DNA of 42,365 bases. Origin: Gemmatimonadales bacterium (GTDB lineage: Bacteria; Gemmatimonadota; Gemmatimonadetes; Gemmatimonadales; Gemmatimonadaceae). Location: contig JBBSCZ010000001.1 of assembly GCA_038249795.1 (NCBI GenBank), positions 1-42,365 of the forward strand. The letters are read 5' to 3'. The position numbers and the translations under genes were made by a program. Every line of letters starts with the position of its first letter. Position 1 is the first letter of the stretch. Below, one piece after another: positions 35,021 through 42,365 of the stretch. The notes beneath the pieces were generated by a model, which searched no databases, was not told where the DNA came from, and was given only the letters and a program-made list of their open reading frames with translations.

Positions 35021-35223
35021 GCAACGGCAACGGCAACAGCGAACTGCGTAACGCAAAGGGTACAGAAGGACGCAAAGGCGCAGAGAACGACAAAAACTGC
35101 AGTGGGTGGGATCGCTGCATATTTGCGCGGCGGCTCGTCTGGCGAGCCCACCAAAAATCCTTTGCGCCTTTGCGTCCTTCTGTACCCTTTGCGTTACGCC
35201 GTTCAGCTGTTCGCTGTTCGCTG
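35021..35223. repeat. long inverted-repeat element (37-bp perfect arms, 80-bp spacer)
   Basis: 35046-35082 (GCGTAACGCAAAGGGTACAGAAGGACGCAAAGGCGCA) is the exact reverse complement of 35163-35199. The flanks CAGCGAAC / GTTCGCTG extend the pairing imperfectly. Confidence 0.85.
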
Positions 35224-35235
35224 TCGATTCGCAGG

Positions 35236-35733
35236 CTACTTGAGCGTGCGGAGTTCGGCGGCGGTGAACGGCGTGGTGCGGGAGGCGAGCCTGGCGCGGA
35301 CGGCGCGCACCTGGGCTGCCGTCACGGGGGCGGCGCGGTTGCCCCACTGGCTGCGGACGTAAGTAAGGGTGGCGGCGAGATCGTCGTCGTTCAGGACACT
35401 GCCCCAGGCCATCATTGCGCCGTTGTACTGCTTGCCTTTCACGGTGATTTCACCCTGCAGCCCATGCAGCACGATCGCGATGGGCACGATGGCCGGGGCA
35501 TTCACGTACTCCGCACCGGCCAGCGGCGGAAAGACGCCTTCCAGACCCGTTCCATCGAGCTGATGACAGGCGGCGCAGACTTCGCCGTACTTGTTGACCG
35601 GCGGGGCCGGAGCCACGGCGTGCGTTTCCCGACGCTCAGCGGCCGACGCGGAGCTGGGCGAGCCAGCGGCAACGGCCGCCCCGGCAATGACGACCGTGGC
35701 GACGACGATGAGCGCGCGTGAGGCGTGCAGCAT
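35236..35733 (-). CDS. monohaem c-type cytochrome
   Basis: 165 aa with a signal peptide, CAACHQ haem motif, and LHGLQGEITVKGKQYNGAMMAWG carrying a distal Met. Confidence 0.8.
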   Translation of the reverse strand: MLHASRALIVVATVVIAGAAVAAGSPSSASAAERRETHAVAPAPPVNKYGEVCAACHQLDGTGLEGVFPPLAGAEYVNAPAIVPIAIVLHGLQGEITVKGKQYNGAMMAWGSVLNDDDLAATLTYVRSQWGNRAAPVTAAQVRAVRARLASRTTPFTAAELRTLK

Positions 35734-35793
35734 GCTTCAGGACCGGAGTATGAGATGGGCGTGACGCAGATCGACGTGAACAATATGCAGACC

Positions 35794-35826
35794 GGGCGCG
35801 GCAGGCCACGTTGGCCCACCGCGCCC
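35794..35826 (-). other. GC-rich compound stem-loop between the two cytochrome c genes
   Basis: GGGCGCGG (35794-35801) pairs with CCGCGCCC (35819-35826). An inner GGCCA/TGGCC stem is nested inside. No clear U-tract follows on the minus strand. Confidence 0.3.
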
Positions 35827-35853
35827 GAGGCGCCAGAAAGAAACCACAACGCG

Positions 35854-36345
35854 TCACCGCAGCGGCTGCAGGTCTGCCGCCGTCCAGGGCGTGGTACGCG
35901 ATGCGTACTTGTCGCGAACGACCTTCACTTCGGCCGCGCTCACCGCCGACGCACTGTTGCCCCACGACGTGCGCTCATGCGTGATCACGGCGGCGATCTC
36001 CTCGTCAGTCATCTGATCGCCCCAGGCCGCCATCACGCCATTGTACTTCACGCCCTTCACCTCGATCTCGCCCTGCATGCCATGCAGCACGATCGCAACC
36101 GGTACCTCGGCGTTCCCGGTCATCCATTCGGAACCGGCGAGCGGGGGGAAGTTGCCTTCGATGCCCGCACCATTGGCCTGATGGCAGGCGCCACACACCT
36201 GTCCGTACTTCTCGGCACCGGCGTCGACCGGCACCGCGGCCACTTCGCCGGCGGACAGCGCCGCCGAATCAGTCGCGGCACCCTTGTCGCCGCCGCAGGC
36301 TGTGAGCAGAAATGCTGCAACTCCAATACGCAGAGCAGTGTGCAT
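35854..36345 (-). CDS. monohaem c-type cytochrome lipoprotein (paralogue of 35236-35733)
   Basis: 163 aa with the lipobox FLLTAC, CGACHQ, and LHGMQGEIEVKGVKYNGVMAAWG. A GGAG Shine-Dalgarno lies upstream. Confidence 0.8.
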   Translation of the reverse strand: MHTALRIGVAAFLLTACGGDKGAATDSAALSAGEVAAVPVDAGAEKYGQVCGACHQANGAGIEGNFPPLAGSEWMTGNAEVPVAIVLHGMQGEIEVKGVKYNGVMAAWGDQMTDEEIAAVITHERTSWGNSASAVSAAEVKVVRDKYASRTTPWTAADLQPLR

Positions 36346-36461
36346 CGATCAGTCTCCAGATGGCGCCGGTCGACTCTGGCAGCGGCGCGTAAGGCACGCA
36401 GTGAACTCCTCAGTGATGGTGCAGGTGCACGAACCGTGCAAGTCGGGCAAATCCCCCTGTG

Positions 36462-37664
36462 TCACACACTCCGGTCGAGCGCCTGCGCGATGTCGGCAGT
36501 GATGTCGTCGCGATGTTCGAGTCCGACAGAAATGCGGATGAGTCCGGGCACGATGCCAACCTGCACACGCTCGGCCTCGCTCAGCTTGGAGTGTGTGGTC
36601 GAGGTCGGGTGCGTGACGATGCTGCGCACGTCGCCGAGGTTCGGTGTGTGCGAGAGCAGCTCGAGCGCATCGAGGAAACGCCGCGCGCGCTCCAGCCCGC
36701 CCTGCAACTCGAGCACCACGATGCCTCCGCCCGCCGACATCTGCCGCCGGGCGAGCGCGTGGTCGGGGTGACTGGCGAGCCAGGGATACCGCACGAATTC
36801 GAGCGACGGATGCTGCTCGAAATGCGTGGCGACGGCGAGCGCATTGGCGCAGTGGCGATCCATGCGGACGGAGAGCGTCTCCAGGCTCTTGGACAGTATC
36901 CACGCGTTGAACGGCGACATTGCCGGCCCGGTATGCCGGATGAAGAAGCGCAGCTCGCGAATCAGCTCCACACTGCCCACCACCACTCCGCCAAGCACAC
37001 GTCCTTGCCCGTCGATGTACTTGGTAGCAGAATGCACCACCAGGTCCGCTCCCCAACGAACCGGCTGCTGCAGCATCGGTGTCGTGAAGCAGTTGTCCAC
37101 CACGAACAGCAGACCGCGCTCACGACAGAGCGCACCGAGCATGGCAAGATCGATCAGTGCGAGGCCCGGATTGGAGGGTGTCTCGACGAAGATCATCCGC
37201 GTGGACGGCTGCACTGCGGCGGCCCACGTTTCGGAGGCTGCGTCGGCATCGACGTAGCTGGCGGTGATCCCCCAGCGTGGGAAGAGCTTGGTGAAGAGCT
37301 GATGTGTGGAGCCGAACAGCGCCCGCGAGGCGACGACGTGATCGCCACTCTTCAGATACGCCGCCATGCTGCCGAACACTGCCGCCATGCCACTCGCGAA
37401 TGCGATGCCATCCTCGGCGCCTTCGAGCAGCGCCATCTTGCGAATGAATTCGTCGGTGTTCGGGTTGGCGTACCGACTGTAGATGTTGCCCTGCTCTTCC
37501 TCGGCAAAGAGGGCGCGGGCCTGCTCGGCGTCGTCGAACACGAAGCTCGACGTCAGATAGAGCGGCGTGGAATGTTCACGCTCGGCGCCGCGCGCCGTCT
37601 GCGTGCGAATGGCGAGCGTCTCGGGATGCAGTGCACGCGCGGGATCGAGGGGCTGGTCAGCCAC
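36462..37664 (-). CDS. metZ: O-succinylhomoserine sulfhydrylase (Cys/Met-metabolism PLP enzyme)
   Basis: It is colinear with MetZ: ...GNIYSRYANPNT...ASGMAAV...VHSATKYIDGQGRVLGG (PLP Lys)...LGDVRSIVTHPTSTTH. I prefer the GTG start at 37664. The track start at 37781 would make the leader coding. Confidence 0.8.
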   Translation of the reverse strand: MADQPLDPARALHPETLAIRTQTARGAEREHSTPLYLTSSFVFDDAEQARALFAEEEQGNIYSRYANPNTDEFIRKMALLEGAEDGIAFASGMAAVFGSMAAYLKSGDHVVASRALFGSTHQLFTKLFPRWGITASYVDADAASETWAAAVQPSTRMIFVETPSNPGLALIDLAMLGALCRERGLLFVVDNCFTTPMLQQPVRWGADLVVHSATKYIDGQGRVLGGVVVGSVELIRELRFFIRHTGPAMSPFNAWILSKSLETLSVRMDRHCANALAVATHFEQHPSLEFVRYPWLASHPDHALARRQMSAGGGIVVLELQGGLERARRFLDALELLSHTPNLGDVRSIVTHPTSTTHSKLSEAERVQVGIVPGLIRISVGLEHRDDITADIAQALDRSV

Positions 37665-37728
37665 GGGACATCGGACCAAGGCAGATGCTCCGCCTGGCGA
37701 GCGTGCCGAGACACCCTGGCGGGTGTCG

Positions 37729-37765
37729 CACAACACAAAGCCCGGCAGACTGGAGGCCGCCGGGC
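37729..37765 (-). promoter_or_regulatory. terminator-like hairpin inside the metZ leader
   Basis: The minus strand reads GCCCGGC-ggcctccagtct-GCCGGGC followed by TTTGTGTTGTG, about 65 nt upstream of the preferred metZ start. Confidence 0.3.
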
Positions 37766-38012
37766 ACTCGCGGTTTAGCACCTTCTTTTACGTGGCGGCA
37801 ATCAGCGGCAAATGACCACGGGCGTACGGTTGTGACAGGGAGGGATAGGCCAGCCGACCGGACCTGTCAAGTTGCCGCGGACGATGCGCTTCCATTGGCG
37901 CCAACGCTTTCACCCTCTGCGGGGTACGGAATGCTGTGGCGATCGGCACCAATCCGACCACACCATCCCTGTGCGGTCCGCGACGGGGCCTCAATTCCTT
38001 GGAGAGAACCAG

Positions 38013-38471
38013 ATGACGCATTTCATGCGCGCGATTGCCCTGACGGCAGCGCTTCTGATCGGTACCGCAGTGACGGCAGGGGCACAGGGCGGTGGTATGC
38101 GCCAGGCTCCCGACGCGATGGCCCTGCTGGAGCGACCGTTGGCGGGGATCGACGGTCTGACGGATGCGCAGAAGGACACCCTGAACAAGCTCGAGGCGGC
38201 GTACAAGGTGAAGTTCACCGCTGCCACCACGGCACAGCGTGAGGCGATGATGGCGGCGCGTCAGAGCGGCGGTATGCCGGACATGGCTGCCATGACGAAG
38301 ATGCGCGACGGGATGGCGGCGATGCAGCAGGAGGAATTCGCTGCGGCGCGCGTGCTTCTCACGCCGGCACAGCACCCGAAGTTCGACGAGAACGTGAAGA
38401 CGCTGATGGCCGAGGAAGCGGCGCGTCAGGCGCAGATGCGTCAGCGCATGGGCGGGAACCCGCCGGAGTAG
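38013..38471 (+). CDS. Spy/CpxP-like periplasmic protein (LTxxQ motifs)
   Basis: ATG at 38013 with a GGAGAG Shine-Dalgarno. It has the signal peptide ...TAVTAGAQ, two LTxxQ motifs (LTDAQKDTL, LTPAQHPKF), and is Met/Ala/Gln-rich and helical. Confidence 0.6.
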   Translation: MTHFMRAIALTAALLIGTAVTAGAQGGGMRQAPDAMALLERPLAGIDGLTDAQKDTLNKLEAAYKVKFTAATTAQREAMMAARQSGGMPDMAAMTKMRDGMAAMQQEEFAAARVLLTPAQHPKFDENVKTLMAEEAARQAQMRQRMGGNPPE

Positions 38472-38502
38472 GTAGCGGCCTGGTCTTGCAAGTTCGGTGC
38501 GT

Positions 38503-39597
38503 TCAGCCGTGCTGTGCCCACGTCACCGCGTCGTGGGCACAGAGCGCGCCGACGACATTGCCGGTGCCACTGTAGGCGCCGATGGCGAACACACCATCGC
38601 GCACCTGCTCCGAGATTGGCGCACCGGTCAGCGTGTAGGCGACGCTCGCGGCCCAGCGATGGGTGATCGCCGACCGCGCGCCGACCTTTTCGCGAAGAAA
38701 TGTTTCGAGCCGCTGCTGGATCGACACCGATGGCGTATCGTCGTGCGTCCATTCGTGCTCCATCCCGGAGTCGCGAAATCCGCCGAGTGCGATCGAGCCG
38801 TCGGGGAGTTGCTGCCAGTACTCGAAGCCGTCGCGCCAGTAGACCGGCCGCGGGATCCGACACTCGGGTGATGGTGCGGTGGCGAGCATCTGCAGGCGCG
38901 CGGTGCGCACGCGTGGTGCGAGTTCCGGCAGCAGCGCCTCGAGGCGACCATCAACGGCGACGATCACGCGCCGGCACCGGATGGTGCCGTGCGCCGTGAC
39001 GACCGACGTGCCGTGCACCTCGCGCACGGGCGTGCTGCCATGCAGGCGTGCGCCCTCAGCCAGCGCGGCTCGGGCCAGCGCACGCACACGACGCAGCGGC
39101 TGCGTCACACCATCGCTCGGAATCAGCAGACCCTCCCCTTCTGCGCCACGATACCACTCGGCCGGAAATCCATCGGCTTGCAACTGTGCAAGTTGCGCGC
39201 GGCAGTCCGCACGCTCGGCATCGCTGGCGGCGATACGCAGTGAACCGGTGCGACGTGTGCAATCGGGAAATTCGGCGAAGATCGCATCGAGTTCGGCGAG
39301 TGTCCGGCGATACGACGACACTGCCGCGTCATGCCCCAGTGCGCGCACTGCGTCGTGATGGAAGTCGGCGAGACCGGCGAGCAGCAGGCCACCGTTGCGG
39401 CCAGCCGCGCCGGCACCGACATCCACGGCGTCGACACCGATCACATCGACCGAGTGTGCGCGCAGATCACGCACGGCGACCAGCCCACTGCCACCAAGGC
39501 CGATCACGCAGATGTCACAGTGAGCATCGCCGTCGAGCGGCGCGAGCGGCACCCACGCCGGGTCGTCATCCCAGACCGGCGTGTTGTGTGCGATCAC
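38503..39597 (-). CDS. FAD-dependent oxidoreductase (DAO family)
   Basis: GTG at 39597 forms a GTGA overlap with the upstream small ORF. It has CDICVIGLGGSGLVAV (GxGxxG) and AGRNGGLL. The upstream part of the 450-aa ORF is discarded. Confidence 0.75.
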   Translation of the reverse strand: MIAHNTPVWDDDPAWVPLAPLDGDAHCDICVIGLGGSGLVAVRDLRAHSVDVIGVDAVDVGAGAAGRNGGLLLAGLADFHHDAVRALGHDAAVSSYRRTLAELDAIFAEFPDCTRRTGSLRIAASDAERADCRAQLAQLQADGFPAEWYRGAEGEGLLIPSDGVTQPLRRVRALARAALAEGARLHGSTPVREVHGTSVVTAHGTIRCRRVIVAVDGRLEALLPELAPRVRTARLQMLATAPSPECRIPRPVYWRDGFEYWQQLPDGSIALGGFRDSGMEHEWTHDDTPSVSIQQRLETFLREKVGARSAITHRWAASVAYTLTGAPISEQVRDGVFAIGAYSGTGNVVGALCAHDAVTWAQHG

Positions 39598-39812
39598 GGC
39601 ACCGTGACCGGCACTCGCACGCCCGGTGGCAGGCACTTGCCACTCGACGGATCGTAGCCGCGGCCCACCGCCTTGCAATCCTTCTTCGGATCCGGGAGTC
39701 CGATGCGGGACCGGCTGGCATTGATGCGCAACCCGATGAACGTCAGTCCCACGATCGAGATCACGGCCACGATCAGCTTGATGACGCGCTCGAGCTTCTG
39801 CATCGGTTCCAT
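39594..39812 (-). CDS. small membrane protein (hypothetical)
   Basis: 72 aa with a TM helix VIKLIVAVISIVGLTFIGL followed by a two-Cys tail (CKAVGRGYDPSSGKC). It is wedged by 1-nt and 4-nt overlaps between the LOG and FAD-oxidoreductase genes. Confidence 0.4.
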   Translation of the reverse strand: MEPMQKLERVIKLIVAVISIVGLTFIGLRINASRSRIGLPDPKKDCKAVGRGYDPSSGKCLPPGVRVPVTVP

Positions 39813-40849
39813 CAGCGTCTCGTGCCGCGCGCGTCAGACTTCTGCTGCGCTGCATGCGCCTCGATCACCGCGCGCGCCGCCTCGACGGGATCGTCGGTGA
39901 GGAGCATCAGATCGAGATCACCAGGACTGATCTTCCGTTCGCCAAGCACTCGTGACTGCAGCCAGCGCACGAGGCCGGCCCAGTAGTGCGTACCGAAGAG
40001 CACCACCGGAAACTGAAAGATCTTGCCCGTCTGGATCAGCGTCACCGCCTCGAACAGCTCATCGAGCGTGCCGAAACCTCCGGGGAAACAGATGAAGGCG
40101 TTGCTGTACTTGATGAACATGGTCTTGCGGACCATGAAGTAGCGGAAGCTCACGAGGGTGTCGACATACGGATTGGCACCCTGCTCGAACGGCAGCTCGA
40201 TGTTGCAGCCGATGCTCGGTGCACCGGCAATGCGTGCGCCCTTGTTGGCGGCTTCCATGATGCCCGGGCCGGCGCCCGTGATGATCGAGAAGCCGGCCTC
40301 GCCGAGCAGTCGCGCGACCTCGGTGGCGGCCAGGTATTGCGGGTCATCAGGGGCGGTGCGGGCGGAACCGAAGATCGAGACGCCCTTTTCCACGTTGGCG
40401 AGCGCGTCGAACCCTTCGATGATCTCACCCGTCATGCGCAACACGCGCCACGGATCGGTGCGGGTGAAGTCGTCGCGCGGGCCGGGCGACTGCAACAACT
40501 TGGAGTCTTCGGTGAGGGCGACGACATCGCGAATGTCACTGTCCGCGACCGGCCTGATGAGCGGCGCTGGCTTGCGCGGCACAGCCGGCGGCTGGACGGT
40601 CTGCTTCATCGGAGTCTTGCCGGGCGCGATGACGCGATTGCCGAGGGGCGTGTCGCGGCCGGCACTGCGGTGGCCATCCACGACGCGATCCATGGTGCCC
40701 TGCAGCGCTTCGGCCTCGGCACGTTCCATGGTGGCCACGTTGGCCTTCTTGCCACCAGCGGTCTTGGCACGGGCGGGCTTGCCGTTGCCGGTGGTCGTGG
40801 TGGTGGTCCGGCCGGACGTGGCAGACGACTTCGCGCGTTTTGCGGGCAT
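39812..40849 (-). CDS. LOG family (TIGR00730-type) protein with basic N-terminal extension
   Basis: ATG at 40849. The core has VSIFGSAR, IITGAGPGIMEAANKGA and FPGGFGTLDELFE (PGGxGTxxE). About 110 aa of K/T/A/P-rich sequence precedes it. Confidence 0.85.
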   Translation of the reverse strand: MPAKRAKSSATSGRTTTTTTGNGKPARAKTAGGKKANVATMERAEAEALQGTMDRVVDGHRSAGRDTPLGNRVIAPGKTPMKQTVQPPAVPRKPAPLIRPVADSDIRDVVALTEDSKLLQSPGPRDDFTRTDPWRVLRMTGEIIEGFDALANVEKGVSIFGSARTAPDDPQYLAATEVARLLGEAGFSIITGAGPGIMEAANKGARIAGAPSIGCNIELPFEQGANPYVDTLVSFRYFMVRKTMFIKYSNAFICFPGGFGTLDELFEAVTLIQTGKIFQFPVVLFGTHYWAGLVRWLQSRVLGERKISPGDLDLMLLTDDPVEAARAVIEAHAAQQKSDARGTRR

Positions 40850-40991
40850 GCTGACAGGGGATGGGGTGACGCGTGGCGTCGGCTGCGTCTCCGCGCGGGC
40901 GCCGGGTCGGATAGAATTGTAGCGCGGTGTTGGTCCCCACCTGCCACGTCGGTCGCGCGGCAGCGTCTTCTTTCGCGTTTTCCCGTCGCAC

Positions 40992-42365
40992 TTGCCCCAC
41001 GTCATCATCGTCGTCGCCGACGGCGTCCGACCCGACACCCTGTCAGCCGCCATCGATGCCGGTGAGGTGCCCGCGCTTCGAGCGCTGCGCGAAGCGCAGG
41101 GCAGCCATACGCTGACGACCGTCTTCCCGTCGGTCACGGGACCGGCTTACGTGCCCTTTCTGATGGGCGAGCATCCGGGACATGTGGGGCTGCCCGGGCT
41201 GCGCTGGTTCGATCGCAGTCGTGCCGACACCGCCTGGCCGCACCACACACGCAGCTACATTGGCAGCGAGATGCGGAAGGTGGACCGCGACCTGACGCTC
41301 GATCGACCCACGGCGTTCGAGCGCTCGGGAGGTGGGCTGGCGATGATGAACATGATCGGCCGCGGACTGCCGCGCCGGAGCAAGCTGACCAACACGGTGC
41401 GCTTTGCACTGCGCGCCGGCTACACGCACTTCCGCGGTGACGTGGCGGGGTGGCTGGACGTGGATCGCGCGCTGTCGACGGAGATGCTGGGTCGAGTGCT
41501 GCAGGAGCGGCCGCCGTTCACCTTCGCCAGTTTCTGCGGTGTCGACAAGACGAGTCACAGCGTCGGCTATCGTGATCCGATCGTTCGCCAGGCGTTGACG
41601 ATCGTCGATGGATTCGTGCGAGATGTCACTACCGCGGCAACGGCCGAGGGGTGGATGCACGAGCTGGCGCTGTTCGTGGTGAGCGACCATGGCCATGTGG
41701 ACGTACATGGACACGACGATCTCGCCGACCTGTTTCGCGACGAGATGCAGTTGCGGGTGCTGGCGCATCCAAAGGTGTACGGCGTGCGCGATCCGGAGAT
41801 GGCGGTGATGGTGAGCGGCAACGCGATGGCGCATCTGTTCGTGAATCTCGCCTCACGCACCCGCCCTTTCTGGCCGGCGCTCACGGCGCGGTGGAACGAG
41901 ACGGCGGAGATGTTGCTGCAACGTCCTTCGGTGGACCTGCTGCTGCTACCGCACGACGCGCAGACGGTGGAGGTGCGCGGTGGCGGCAATCGTGGCTCGG
42001 CGATGCTGCGCCAAAGCGGTGATCGATATCACTACTACTGCGGCACCGGCGATCCGCTGGGGCTGGGCGACGTGCACGGCGTGCTGGAAACCGAGGCGTG
42101 GGAGCGGACGCAGGAGACCGACTATCCCGACTCGATGGTGCAGATCCTGGCGCTGAACGACTGCCGCCGCACTGGCGACATGATTCTCAGTGCGACGCGG
42201 GACTGGGATTTTCGCGGGAAGTACGAGCCGATTCCGCATCGCTCGTCGCATGGGGCGTTGCACCGGGAGCACATGCTGGTGCCGATGCTGACGAACATCC
42301 CGTCGGATATGCCGTATCGGCGGACGCAGGATGTCTTCCATCGGGCGATGGAATTCCTGGGCGTA
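40992..42365 (+). CDS. alkaline-phosphatase-superfamily protein (nucleotide pyrophosphatase/phosphodiesterase-like), 3' end beyond window
   Basis: This ORF is not in the track because it has no stop before the window end. The frame opens after TAG at 40920-40922. A TTG at 40992 gives LPHVIIVVADGVRPD...TVFPSVTGPAYVPFLMG...SDHG...HRSSHGAL. Confidence 0.7.
   Translation, partial: MPHVIIVVADGVRPDTLSAAIDAGEVPALRALREAQGSHTLTTVFPSVTGPAYVPFLMGEHPGHVGLPGLRWFDRSRADTAWPHHTRSYIGSEMRKVDRDLTLDRPTAFERSGGGLAMMNMIGRGLPRRSKLTNTVRFALRAGYTHFRGDVAGWLDVDRALSTEMLGRVLQERPPFTFASFCGVDKTSHSVGYRDPIVRQALTIVDGFVRDVTTAATAEGWMHELALFVVSDHGHVDVHGHDDLADLFRDEMQLRVLAHPKVYGVRDPEMAVMVSGNAMAHLFVNLASRTRPFWPALTARWNETAEMLLQRPSVDLLLLPHDAQTVEVRGGGNRGSAMLRQSGDRYHYYCGTGDPLGLGDVHGVLETEAWERTQETDYPDSMVQILALNDCRRTGDMILSATRDWDFRGKYEPIPHRSSHGALHREHMLVPMLTNIPSDMPYRRTQDVFHRAMEFLGV

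Noticed and set aside
36459-37778. A 439-aa plus-strand ORF that mirrors metZ exactly.
   Set aside because: The antisense partner has unmistakable PLP-enzyme motifs, and this frame shows no domain features.
37665-37840. A confident call of a SAM-I riboswitch upstream of metZ.
   Set aside because: Only a GGUGCUAAA-like segment and a terminator-like hairpin are present. The conserved GAGGGA / GGCAACC core and kink-turn region are not recognisable. It is kept only as an unclassified leader candidate.
37820-38012. A possible riboswitch-like element on the plus strand upstream of the Spy/CpxP-like gene (AGGGAGGGAUAGGCC..., GGCACCAAUCC).
   Set aside because: The resemblance is limited to short purine-rich strings. 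I found no consistent helices, and the downstream gene is not a known riboswitch target.

Overview
This is a visibly GC-rich chromosomal segment. It probably comes from a diderm bacterium, because it encodes an OMP beta-barrel and many lipoprotein signals. GTG/TTG starts and 1-8 nt stop/start overlaps are frequent. I support about 48 protein genes and found no rRNA, tRNA, CRISPR array, transposase or integrase. All family calls rest on motifs read by eye in the supplied translations, with no searches run. Content, left to right:
- Redox/sulfur genes: HNH, [2Fe-2S] ferredoxin, DUF155, rhodanese, OsmC, MerC-like.
- A Cys-less L31 paralogue (rpmE2) and a Fur-family regulator.
- A copper-delivery cluster (SCO1, PCuAC, CopC, CopD, TlpA) interrupted by hemolysin-III and a deoxyhypusine-synthase-like gene.
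- Two orphan cytoplasmic hybrid histidine kinases.
- Housekeeping and catabolic genes: pdxH, rsgA, PRODH, fadI/fadJ, glpD, greA, metZ.
- Tandem cytochromes c.
- A LOG-family operon.

The most interesting locus is 21.1-26.2 kb. A signal-peptide-bearing TPR-CHAT (caspase-like) protease sits between two neighbours. On one side is an ECF sigma/anti-sigma pair, translationally coupled to the fadI-fadJ operon. On the other is a divergent lipoprotein that shares a ~70-aa domain with the anti-sigma ectodomain. This may be a protease-gated envelope signalling module.

The second theme is non-coding. Four intergenic regions at gene 3' ends carry unusually long perfect inverted repeats:
- a 56-bp palindrome present twice, flanking an OMP gene remnant;
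- elements with 42-, 37- and 37-bp perfect arms.

Lesser observations include a BioD-like protein with an ablated P-loop coupled to pdxH, a structured leader upstream of metZ, and Fur-box-like AT-rich sites.
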